This document shows, in pieces, positions 47,340 through 56,305 of a stretch of DNA of 64,000 bases. Every line of letters starts with the position of its first letter. Position 1 is the first letter of the stretch. Source of the stretch: Bacteroidales bacterium (GTDB taxonomy: Bacteria > Bacteroidota > Bacteroidia > Bacteroidales > UBA1715); contig JAZRVS010000185.1 in assembly GCA_045599365.1 (NCBI GenBank), positions 43,919 to 107,918 on the forward strand, given 5' to 3'. The notes below the pieces were generated by a model. It did no database searches, was not told the DNA's origin, and saw nothing but the letters and a program-made list of their open reading frames with translations. The translations under genes were made by a program, and so were the position numbers.

Positions 47340-48335
47340 ATGCCCAAAATACTTCATACATATCGTTATACAGGACGTCCTTGGGAAATACTGAAATCAG
47401 TAGTTCCCGAGGGCTATACTATCAAGACATTAGACGAACCTACACAAGAGCAACTTGTCAAAGAAGCGGCTGATGCTGATTATTTATTGGTGAGTGGCCG
47501 CCTGAAGATTAACAAAGAGGTGTTGGATAGTGCCAAGAACCTGAAGATGATTCAGCGCACCGGTGTAGGCACAGAGATGCTTGACAAGGAGGAAATCAAA
47601 TCTCGCAACATCCCAGTATATGTGAATGCTGGAGTCAATGCTAGAAGCGTGGCAGAACATACGCTCACGCTTATGCTTACATGCCTTAAGCGAATACCTG
47701 CTATTGACAAGCAGGTTCGTAATGGTGTATGGAAGAAACAGGAAACAGGTACTTCCTGTCACGAACTCTATGGTAAAACTGTTGCTCTTGTGGGTATGGG
47801 TGCTATAGGTCGCCAGGTCGCCAAATATCTTAATTGCTTTGGCGCAAGAGTTATTTATACTGACATCTTCCAGCAGCCTAAAGAAATAGAGGAAGAGTTG
47901 AGCCTCACATTCTACCCATTCCTTCAACAATCAACAATCAACAATCAACTCCTTGCGGAAGCCGACATTCTGTCTTTCCATTGTCCACTCACTGGGGATA
48001 ATGTTGAAATGCTGAATGCTTCAACCATTAGCAAAATGAAAGATGGTTCAATTGTTATAAATACCGCTCGTGGTAAACTCATCAATGAAGTAGCATTGCT
48101 CGAAGCTCTCAAATCTGGCAAACTTGCCTCAGCTGGTTTGGATGTGCATTATGAAGAACCAATGCTAAAGGATGATCCTCTTTACACGCTTGATAATGTT
48201 ATCCTCACTCCTCATATTGCTGGACTCTCTTTTGAGACCTTCCATTCGATGATGAAGGGTGCTGTGGATAACATAGTGGCTTACGAAAATAATCAGTTAG
48301 AAGAAATAAGTAATAAATTAATAAAACTACCATGA
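47340..48335 (+). CDS. D-isomer-specific 2-hydroxyacid dehydrogenase
   Basis: NAD motif VALVGMGAIGRQVA, NTARGKLINEVALLEALKSGKLASAGLDV, catalytic LTPHIAG. Confidence 0.85.
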   Translation: MPKILHTYRYTGRPWEILKSVVPEGYTIKTLDEPTQEQLVKEAADADYLLVSGRLKINKEVLDSAKNLKMIQRTGVGTEMLDKEEIKSRNIPVYVNAGVNARSVAEHTLTLMLTCLKRIPAIDKQVRNGVWKKQETGTSCHELYGKTVALVGMGAIGRQVAKYLNCFGARVIYTDIFQQPKEIEEELSLTFYPFLQQSTINNQLLAEADILSFHCPLTGDNVEMLNASTISKMKDGSIVINTARGKLINEVALLEALKSGKLASAGLDVHYEEPMLKDDPLYTLDNVILTPHIAGLSFETFHSMMKGAVDNIVAYENNQLEEISNKLIKLP

Positions 48336-49459
48336 TTAAGAAACTCTTGATTAGGATAATGGGGTGGAAAAGATCCATGACAAATTATTGGGTCAGTAAT
48401 CACTTGGATTCCTATTGCTCTTTTTTGATAAGAACCAATAGGTATAAGAAGATCAACTGCTGGGGGGGGGAAAACTTTGTGGAGATGTTCAATGAATCAA
48501 GCAGAGATTTTCTTGAGAAAGGTGATTTGCAAAATGAATCATTAATGAGTGAATTACTTTTGGATACCCTAAAATGTAACTTCAAGTATGGTGTGAACCC
48601 AGAGGAGTATTTCATACACGATTTCCGTCACAAGGATTCCAAGATACGCGAAACATACCTCCCCAAATCACTAAAAGATCAGTTGGTTATAAAGCAACTT
48701 GGTGATAAGATGAAAATAGCATTTGTGGAACTGAAAGATAAATATAAGTTTTATCAAATTGCTGGAAAGTATTTTAAGAGGGAGGCATATTCTATAACAA
48801 AAGATTCAGACATAAAGGACTTTGAAATCTTTGTAAGCAAACATCCACGTTTTATCGCAAAACCCATTCAAGGACGTTATGGCAAGAATACCGCTATCTA
48901 TAATATTGATGATTATGATGGTAATGTAGCCCGATTGTTTGGAGTATTACTTTCAATAACAAGCGAATGGATAGTAGAAGAACTCATTACTCAAGATTCC
49001 CGTATGGAAGAATGGAATCCAACATCAGTAAATACAATCAGAATACCTTCGTTCAGAACAAGAGATGGTATTCAAATACTATATCCTTTCTTTAGAATGG
49101 GACGAAAAGGCAGTGTTGTAGATAATGCAGGCAGTGGTGGTATAGCGGTTTCTGTCGATGCGAAAATCGGTGTTTTTACAACTGATGGTATGGACGAGGC
49201 TGGAAATGTCTTTGTTAAGAATCCGGATAATGGTAAAATCATAAAAGGATGGCAAGTCCCGAAGTGGAGCGAACTCCTTGCATTTGCAAAAGAGGTACAC
49301 GAATCACTCCCTATTTATCACAAGTATGTAGGTTTTGATTTTGCACTCACACCTAGTGGTTGGGTTCTTGTAGAGGGCAACTGGGGTGATTTTATCTGTC
49401 AACAGTCAACGCTTCATCGTGGGTTGCGTAAGGAGTTTGAGTCCATGATAAATGATTGA
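48332..49459 (+). CDS. Sugar-transfer-associated ATP-grasp (ATPgrasp_ST-like) protein (2 of 4)
   Basis: ...FIAKPIQGRYGKNTAIY..., ...NAGSGGIAVSVD..., ...VGFDFALTPSGWVLVEGN fit this family. ATGA overlap with the upstream gene. Contains a G9 tract at 48462-48470. Confidence 0.65.
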   Translation: MIKKLLIRIMGWKRSMTNYWVSNHLDSYCSFLIRTNRYKKINCWGGENFVEMFNESSRDFLEKGDLQNESLMSELLLDTLKCNFKYGVNPEEYFIHDFRHKDSKIRETYLPKSLKDQLVIKQLGDKMKIAFVELKDKYKFYQIAGKYFKREAYSITKDSDIKDFEIFVSKHPRFIAKPIQGRYGKNTAIYNIDDYDGNVARLFGVLLSITSEWIVEELITQDSRMEEWNPTSVNTIRIPSFRTRDGIQILYPFFRMGRKGSVVDNAGSGGIAVSVDAKIGVFTTDGMDEAGNVFVKNPDNGKIIKGWQVPKWSELLAFAKEVHESLPIYHKYVGFDFALTPSGWVLVEGNWGDFICQQSTLHRGLRKEFESMIND

Positions 49460-49530
49460 TAGGGTACTATTATTCACAGCTATTGAGTTTTGCCACAAAG
49501 AGTAGCTTCACTACTATTATATTTTATATT

Positions 49531-50883
49531 ATGACAGTCAATTTTTTAAGCAGTATCCACTCTATCCGTAAGGAAGACATCCCCCTAGAAGTATGGCATC
49601 AAGCTCGCAGAGCATTGATTGACTACCTGAGTGTGACTCTTTCTGGAGCAAAAGCATTCTGTGAGAAGGAAACTGCCTATGTGGATGCATTGGGGGAGAT
49701 TGGTGACGCAACAGTCTTTGGTCTTAGTCGCAAATGCTCTATGCAGACAGCGGCTCTCATGAATGGTATGAGCGCTCATGTGATAGAATTGGATGATGGT
49801 CATAGAAGAGGTGCACTCCATGTTGGTGCAACCGTTTTCTCGGCACTACTCCCTGTGGCAGAGCATGAACATCTTTCTTCTGAAGATTTGCTCTATGGTG
49901 CTATCATCGGTTATGAAGCCACTATACGACTTGCTTGTGCTGTGCAACCTGGAAATAAACTTCGTGGCTATCATGCTACAGGCACATGCGGCACGGTAGG
50001 TGCAGCTATGGGAATTGCGGCTGCTCTTGGTCTCGACTTTAACCAGATGAAATCAACACTTTCAGCTGCAGTGACAAGTGCAGCTGGAGTGTTGGAGATG
50101 CAGGAAGACAATGCAGACTTGAAACCACTAAATGTGGGGCGTGCAGCTATGGATGCAGTAGCTGCTGCTTATCTTGGTAAAGCTCGATTTAAGGCTCCAA
50201 TAGATGCTATTGGTGGAAAGAGAGGTTTCCTGAAGGTGATGACGGATGATCCACATACGGAATTCATAACGGATTTTGAAAAGGATGCACCTTTGGCAAT
50301 CACACAAATCTATATGAAAACCTATGCCGCATGTCGTCATACCCATCCTGCCATTGAAGCCGCCCTTACTCTTCGACCTCAACTTATTGACTCGTTGACA
50401 TGTGGACTCGTTGACTCCATCACAGTCGAAACCTATAAACTTGCTGTAGTGGGTCACGACCATACTGACATTCTTGGCATTAGTTCAGCCAAAATGAGTA
50501 TGCCATTTGTTGTTGCTCTCGCTTTAGTAAAGGGCTCTGCTGGTATGGAAGACTTTAATGAAGCAAACGTAGCAGATGAGGAGATACTATCACTTACAAG
50601 GAAGGTTAATGTAGTAGAGAACGAAGAACTTTCGGCATTAGTACCTGTGAAACGTGCTTCTATCCTTAATATAAAGATGAAGGACGGCATGACTCTTTCT
50701 CATCGTGTGGATTATCCTAAGGGCGAGCCCGAGAATCCTTTGTCAGATGAAGAACTTATCCAGAAGTTTAACACTCTCGCCATGGATAGTGGCCTCACAG
50801 CAGAGAATTGCAACAAAGCAATAGAATTAATAAATCAACCAACATTCAACGTCAATACACTCATTGACTTGTTGGCATTATAA
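49531..50883 (+). CDS. MmgE/PrpD-family protein (2-methylcitrate dehydratase / cis-aconitate decarboxylase superfamily)
   Basis: ...ARRALIDYLSVTLSGA..., ...MNGMSAHVIELDDGHRRGALHVGATV... ATG at 49531 is preferred over the ORF-track start at 49456. Confidence 0.85.
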   Translation: MTVNFLSSIHSIRKEDIPLEVWHQARRALIDYLSVTLSGAKAFCEKETAYVDALGEIGDATVFGLSRKCSMQTAALMNGMSAHVIELDDGHRRGALHVGATVFSALLPVAEHEHLSSEDLLYGAIIGYEATIRLACAVQPGNKLRGYHATGTCGTVGAAMGIAAALGLDFNQMKSTLSAAVTSAAGVLEMQEDNADLKPLNVGRAAMDAVAAAYLGKARFKAPIDAIGGKRGFLKVMTDDPHTEFITDFEKDAPLAITQIYMKTYAACRHTHPAIEAALTLRPQLIDSLTCGLVDSITVETYKLAVVGHDHTDILGISSAKMSMPFVVALALVKGSAGMEDFNEANVADEEILSLTRKVNVVENEELSALVPVKRASILNIKMKDGMTLSHRVDYPKGEPENPLSDEELIQKFNTLAMDSGLTAENCNKAIELINQPTFNVNTLIDLLAL

Positions 50884-50888
50884 GGGAA

Positions 50889-51893
50889 ATGATGTCAAAA
50901 CAATACAATTATTGCTTGGACTTTGTCAAGGGTATTGCCTGTATATTTGTAGTGCTAATGCATTGTGAGTTTCCGGGTCTGTTAGGAACTGCAGTACAAG
51001 CTATCAGTAGGTTTTGTGTCCCTCTGTTTTTCATGGTTTCTGGCTATTTCTGCTTCAAACCTGAAGTTACCCTAAATGGGGGGGGTAATTTATTGAAAAT
51101 CAATAAGAAAGTAAAACACATAACAAAAATAACAATCAATGCTTGTATATTCTATACGGTATTTACAATTTTGCTATGCTTACTTGGGAAAGATATCGAC
51201 TGGTCAATTTCAAAAATGGGAATCTTTTCGTGGTTAGTCTTCAATGCCCCTGCTTGGGCTGGAGTTGCAGGTCAATATTGGTTCCTTTTTGCATTACTCT
51301 ATACTTACATATTCTATGGCGTATTGATACGTTTGGGGTGGCTTAAGCAAGCCTATTGGTTGGCAGGTGCTATGTTCATTGTATATATTGTGATGGCGCA
51401 AGGAATGCACCTTGCAGGAATGGGTGTTCCGAATATGATCTACCGTAACTGGCTTGTGGAAGGATTTGCATACTTCATGTTAGGTCATTGGATTCATCAT
51501 CATCAAGACAACCTCAGGTTTGATAATAGGATTCTGCTAATAATAGTTTTGGTGAGTACTATGCTATGTTGGGTTGAACGTTTCCTTATGGGGCGTGATT
51601 TCGGCGTGAATATTGTTACAATACCACAAGTATTCTGTTTGTTCCTTTATGCTGTCAATAATCCTACTTTGCATAAGGGTGCGATTCAAGAAATTGGAAA
51701 ACGTTATTCAATGTTCGTTTACATTATTCATCCTGCCGTATGGCATGGGTTGGAATTCGTATATGCAAAAGTCGGCTTGTCTGAGAATATGCCAGCTCTA
51801 TATCTTATGCCAATATTTGTGGTGTTCATGACATTATTTGTATCTCATTTAGTATATACGCTTAATAATAGGACAAAACTTTCAACAATATGA
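50889..51893 (+). CDS. Membrane acyltransferase family 3 (O-acyl/acetyltransferase)
   Basis: ...LDFVKGIACIFVVLMHCEF... and about 10 TM segments. Contains a G8 tract at 51078-51085. Confidence 0.8.
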   Translation: MMSKQYNYCLDFVKGIACIFVVLMHCEFPGLLGTAVQAISRFCVPLFFMVSGYFCFKPEVTLNGGGNLLKINKKVKHITKITINACIFYTVFTILLCLLGKDIDWSISKMGIFSWLVFNAPAWAGVAGQYWFLFALLYTYIFYGVLIRLGWLKQAYWLAGAMFIVYIVMAQGMHLAGMGVPNMIYRNWLVEGFAYFMLGHWIHHHQDNLRFDNRILLIIVLVSTMLCWVERFLMGRDFGVNIVTIPQVFCLFLYAVNNPTLHKGAIQEIGKRYSMFVYIIHPAVWHGLEFVYAKVGLSENMPALYLMPIFVVFMTLFVSHLVYTLNNRTKLSTI

Positions 51894-52399
51894 TAGAATT
51901 AACAACCCCATTCCGGGAGGAAGACATTGCCAAACTGAAAGTTGGTGACGTGGTCTCCATATCTGGCTATATCTATACCGGTCGTGATGCTGTCCTCCCC
52001 AAGATTGTGAAGCATGCCGAGGATGGCACGTTGGCTGACATCAATGTGGATCTGCAAGGTCAGGTCATCTTCCATACTGCTGTGAGTCCTGCCGGTGTGG
52101 GACCTACGTCAAGCAATAAGCTGGAGATTGAATCCAGCTTTGAACCGCTTTCACTCCATGGCATCAAGATGCACCTTGGCAAAGGTGCCATCAAGCCGGA
52201 GACTGTGAAGGCATTGGCAGAGAACAATGCAGTCTTTGCAATCATCCCTCCCGTAACGGCTCTTTTAGGTAGTCAGACTTCTGACATCAAAGTGGTATGC
52301 TATCCAGAACTGGGTATGGAGGCACTTCATTCAATCAAGGTAGAGAACTATCAAGCCATCATAGCAGCTGCTCAGGGTAAGAGCATCTATGACCGCTAG
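51890..52399 (+). CDS. Fe-S type hydro-lyase beta subunit (class I fumarase C-terminal domain / TtdB-like)
   Basis: ...GDVVSISGYIYTGRDAVLPKI..., ...AGVGPTSSNKLE..., ...HLGKGAI fit the family. 169 aa. Confidence 0.8.
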   Translation: MIELTTPFREEDIAKLKVGDVVSISGYIYTGRDAVLPKIVKHAEDGTLADINVDLQGQVIFHTAVSPAGVGPTSSNKLEIESSFEPLSLHGIKMHLGKGAIKPETVKALAENNAVFAIIPPVTALLGSQTSDIKVVCYPELGMEALHSIKVENYQAIIAAAQGKSIYDR

Positions 52400-52432
52400 T
52401 TGAATGTTGAATGATTATAGTTGAATGAAATT

Positions 52433-52822
52433 ATGGATGATAAATCAAACATATTTGCGTATCGTAAGTTGAATGTTTACCACAAGGCAAAGGAATGGAT
52501 TAAGGATGTTTATTCCTTGATTGAGAAATTTCCTCCTGTTGAGAGGTATGCATTGGCTGATCAAGTAAGACGTGCTTCATTTTCTGTAACATCAAATATT
52601 GCAGAAGGTTCTTCAAGAAGTTCCAGAAAAGAAGAGGCACATTTCATAGAAATGTCATTCGGCTCTCTAATGGAAGTGCAATCTCAACTTGAGATAGCTC
52701 AAACTCTTGGTTATCTCTCACAATCCGACATAGATCTGATTGATGAAAAGACAGTGGTAATTGCAAAGATGTTATCTGGTTTAAAATCTCCTTTATTAAA
52801 AGAAAATCAAAATGGAAAATAA
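52433..52822 (+). CDS. Four-helix-bundle protein (23S rRNA intervening-sequence protein family)
   Basis: ...YRKLNVYHKAKEWIKDVYSLIEKFPPVERYALADQVRRASFSVTSNIAEGSSRSS..EAHFIEMSFGSLMEVQSQLEIA is a family hallmark. ATG at 52433 is preferred over the TTG at 52421. Confidence 0.8.
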   Translation: MDDKSNIFAYRKLNVYHKAKEWIKDVYSLIEKFPPVERYALADQVRRASFSVTSNIAEGSSRSSRKEEAHFIEMSFGSLMEVQSQLEIAQTLGYLSQSDIDLIDEKTVVIAKMLSGLKSPLLKENQNGK

Positions 52823-53687
52823 TAATATCAACAATCAACAATCATCTATCATCAATAAGGTCGCAGACTGTCTCGTAAGAGCAGGCTCGACCTTCCGTGA
52901 GGATCAGAAAGAGGCATATCGTAGAGCTATTTCAAGTGAGAGTAACGAAGCTTCCTGCTGGGTGATGAAGCAGGTTCTGGATAATGCCCTTGTTGCAGAA
53001 AAGAACTGTGGTCCTCTTTGCGATGATACAGGAATACCTCACGTGTTCATTGAGGTGGGGAAGAATCGTACAATCACCGGTCAGATGATGGCAGATATCA
53101 AAGAGGGCATCCGTCAAGGATTGCGTATGCTCCCTGGTCGTCCAATGGCCATCAAGGGAAATGACTATGAACGCATTGACCAGAGTGGAGGACTGAACGA
53201 AGATAGTGGCGCTTTGCTTCCTTCACCTTTCCTGATTAAGGAAGTGGATGAGGAGGACACCCTTCGTTTGACCGTACTGATGCTTGGGGGCGGTCCAGCT
53301 ATCCGTGGCATAACCCAACGCGTATTCCATAAGCATAGCGTACATGTAGTCATAGATGAGATTGTCAATCGTGCTACACCAGCTGTAAGCCAGTTGGGAT
53401 GCTCACCTTGCACATTGGCAATTGGCATTGGTCGTTCACAGTTCGAAGCCACCAGCCTCATGATGGAAGCCATGGCAAAAGGTGATTTTGGTGTTCAGAG
53501 TGACTTTGAGAAGACTATCACCGATAGAGTAAACGAATCAAATACTGGGGCTTTAGGTCTTGGCGGAAAGACTTCCGTCCTTGCCACTTTTGCCAAGGTT
53601 GGCCCTCAGCGTGCAAGCGGAGTCCGCATTGTTGCCTTACGTCCTTGCTGCTGCTTTGAACCGAGAAGAGCAACGATAGAATTGTAG
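52812..53687 (+). CDS. Fe-S type hydro-lyase alpha subunit (class I fumarase N-terminal domain / TtdA-like)
   Basis: ...PLCDDTGIPHVFIEVG... (family QDTG-type motif), ...GGGPAIRG..., and C-terminal Cys residues. 291 aa. Confidence 0.8.
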   Translation: MENNNINNQQSSIINKVADCLVRAGSTFREDQKEAYRRAISSESNEASCWVMKQVLDNALVAEKNCGPLCDDTGIPHVFIEVGKNRTITGQMMADIKEGIRQGLRMLPGRPMAIKGNDYERIDQSGGLNEDSGALLPSPFLIKEVDEEDTLRLTVLMLGGGPAIRGITQRVFHKHSVHVVIDEIVNRATPAVSQLGCSPCTLAIGIGRSQFEATSLMMEAMAKGDFGVQSDFEKTITDRVNESNTGALGLGGKTSVLATFAKVGPQRASGVRIVALRPCCCFEPRRATIEL

Positions 53688-53775
53688 TGTATTGCCCCCA
53701 CGAAACCCCAAAAATAAAACCGCAAAAGCCATAGGCCAGTCGGCGGTGGATAAGAAGTAAACAATGCATTAGAGA

Positions 53776-55041
53776 ATGAAGAAAGATTTTTCAGGGAAGA
53801 AGCTGTTGGTTTTGGCAGGGGCTGACGTACATAGAAAGTTAGTCAGTGCGGCAAAGGGAATGGGCGTATATGTGATTGTTACGGACAATCTTGACCCCTC
53901 GGTGTCCCCAGCCAAAAAGATAGCAGATGAGTATTGGAATATAGACATAACCGATGTCGATTCCATTGTGAAGAAATGTATGGAAGCGCACGTGGATGGT
54001 GTCCTTACATATTCGATAGATCCTGCACAACTGCCGTATTGCAAGATATGCAGCAGACTCAATCTTCCGTGCTACGGAACCTTGGAGCAATTTGAAATAA
54101 TGACAAACAAGCGACTATTCAAGGATTTTTGCATAAAGAATGGAGTGGAGGTTGTTCCTGAATATACGATGGAGGATGTCAATAATGATAGAGTGGAATA
54201 TCCCGTCTTGGTGAAACCATTGGAGAGCAGAGGCTCTCGTGGTCAGTCAGTCTGCAATATCAGGGATGAGGTGCGTACTGCTGTCGATATTGCAAGGAGA
54301 GAGTGCAGCAGAAATGGATATATTATAGAAAGGTATCTCGGGGATGAATATCAGGATATGGCTCTGGCATACGTTGTGGTTGACTGCATCCCATATCTCG
54401 TAAAGTGTGGAGACAGGAATTTGGGAAGGAAAGAGGATAATCTTGACAGACAACAGATGGTGGCGGTACTGCCATCGAGGTATGCCAGTGAATATGTAGA
54501 GAAATGCAGCCCCCTTGTTGAGGCGATGATATCTAACTTGGGCATAAAGTTCGGCGCCGTTTTCCTTCAGGGATTTTATAAGGGAGGGCATATCTACATG
54601 TATGATCCGGGATTGCGTTTGCCGGGAAGTGATTTTGATCTGGTCCTGCGTAAAAGCACGGGTCTTGATTTGCCCTCGACTTTTGTCCATTATGCCTTGA
54701 CTGGCGATACGAAATATGCATTCGGCCCCTTGAAGAACGCATATCAAATGGGTGGGGCAATTTGTTTGATTTTTGCAGTGGCGGTTCGTCCAGGGGTTGT
54801 TAGTGAAGTTTTGGGAATAGAAGCATTTTCGAAAGACGAACGGATTCTATCGATTGATCAAAGGATATATCCAGAAGATACTATTCCAAGCACTGGAGAT
54901 ATCAGGCAACGGGCAATCGAATTGATAGTGTACCTGCCAGACAGAGAATCCATCCCTGAATTTGCGAAGTATGTATATGATACGTATCACGTGATTGATA
55001 TAGAAGGAAAAGATATGATTTGTTCACGAGTTGATTTTTGA
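53776..55041 (+). CDS. ATP-grasp ligase (3 of 4)
   Basis: KKLLVLAGADVHRKLVSAAKGMGVYVIVTD..., ...NKRLFKDFCIKNGVEVVPE..., YPVLVKPLESRGSRGQSV. Confidence 0.8.
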   Translation: MKKDFSGKKLLVLAGADVHRKLVSAAKGMGVYVIVTDNLDPSVSPAKKIADEYWNIDITDVDSIVKKCMEAHVDGVLTYSIDPAQLPYCKICSRLNLPCYGTLEQFEIMTNKRLFKDFCIKNGVEVVPEYTMEDVNNDRVEYPVLVKPLESRGSRGQSVCNIRDEVRTAVDIARRECSRNGYIIERYLGDEYQDMALAYVVVDCIPYLVKCGDRNLGRKEDNLDRQQMVAVLPSRYASEYVEKCSPLVEAMISNLGIKFGAVFLQGFYKGGHIYMYDPGLRLPGSDFDLVLRKSTGLDLPSTFVHYALTGDTKYAFGPLKNAYQMGGAICLIFAVAVRPGVVSEVLGIEAFSKDERILSIDQRIYPEDTIPSTGDIRQRAIELIVYLPDRESIPEFAKYVYDTYHVIDIEGKDMICSRVDF

Positions 55042-55051
55042 TTATTCCAAG

Positions 55052-56263
55052 ATGAAGCATAATACAACAATAATGTTCGTTGAGGCATCAAATGATATGC
55101 TTCCTTGGTTTAAACGTGCTCGGGAGTTCGGATACCGCTGTGTAGTATGCGGTACAGATAAATCAAAGGAGATGGCTCGTGATGCTGACGCATATTATGA
55201 TATGCCATATTCTGATAGGAATGGGTGTATTGCTATCGCAGAAAGAGAGAAGGTTGACGGTGTGATAGGTGGAGGTGACCAGTCTGCTCTAACAGCAGCC
55301 TATGTAGCGAAAGCTTTGTTACTGCCCGGTAACGATCCAAAGGGAATGGAACGTATGATGAATAAACAGGAATTCCGGGAACTGCAAAAGGAACTGGGTC
55401 TTGCCCATCCTGAATTTGTATATGCTTCTGAGTTGAATTCGTTTATTGAGAAGGTTCGGGGAATGACGTTTCCAATAATTGTCAAACCAGGGCAAATGTC
55501 ATCGAGCAGAGGAGTGAAAGTTTTCAATTCTTTTGACCATAATAGTTTGGCGGAACATTTTATATATTGCCGAGGTCTTTCCTACAACGATGTGGTTTGC
55601 GCAGAGCAATACTTCGAGATTCTGGAAAGAGTAGTATATGAGTTCAATCCTTTTATTAATGGAGACAAAATGATCTGGTCTGGGAATATGATTGATATTC
55701 ATTCCAGATATTGCCCTGAAGTCCCATCCGGAGGTTCTTGGCCAATGCCAATTCTTCCCCAAATGCGACAGAAGGCAGAAAATGATATTCTTAAAGTATT
55801 GCTTGCAACAAATTTCAAGTTCGGTGAGGTCAATGTAGAATCTTTTTTCACTTCCGAAGGCGATTTTGTTATTCTCGAGGTTAATCCTAGGCGTTGTGGG
55901 GGAGGTGTGCAAAAATATATTCAATATTCATCTGGTAAGGATTATATCGGTATGCTTGTATCACTTGCTGTAGGGGATAGCTCTTTTTTTGATGAACAGT
56001 TCAAGAAGACGATTTGCCAAGTAAACCCCATTAGCGCATTCGCGGTTTATTCGAACTCTGCGCGTGTTTTTAATGATATTGAGGTGGATGAAGAATTGAA
56101 ACCGTATTTGTATGAGACCTATTTATGTGTGGATAAAGGGAGTACTACTCGTGCTTGCCAGAATTATCATGATAAAATTGGTACAATGGTTTTCCATTTC
56201 CCTTCCACAGATATTCAAAAACAGTACATTTATCGGATGGAAGATTTTGTTCAGGTAATTTGA
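55052..56263 (+). CDS. ATP-grasp ligase (4 of 4)
   Basis: ...NKQEFRELQKELGLAHPEF..., FPIIVKPGQMSSSRGVKV, ...VILEVNPRRCGGG. ATG at 55052 is preferred over the TTG at 55031. Confidence 0.7.
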   Translation: MKHNTTIMFVEASNDMLPWFKRAREFGYRCVVCGTDKSKEMARDADAYYDMPYSDRNGCIAIAEREKVDGVIGGGDQSALTAAYVAKALLLPGNDPKGMERMMNKQEFRELQKELGLAHPEFVYASELNSFIEKVRGMTFPIIVKPGQMSSSRGVKVFNSFDHNSLAEHFIYCRGLSYNDVVCAEQYFEILERVVYEFNPFINGDKMIWSGNMIDIHSRYCPEVPSGGSWPMPILPQMRQKAENDILKVLLATNFKFGEVNVESFFTSEGDFVILEVNPRRCGGGVQKYIQYSSGKDYIGMLVSLAVGDSSFFDEQFKKTICQVNPISAFAVYSNSARVFNDIEVDEELKPYLYETYLCVDKGSTTRACQNYHDKIGTMVFHFPSTDIQKQYIYRMEDFVQVI

Positions 56264-56305
56264 TGGATTGAATAGGAAGAAACAGTAATAAGTATCGAGA
56301 AAGTA

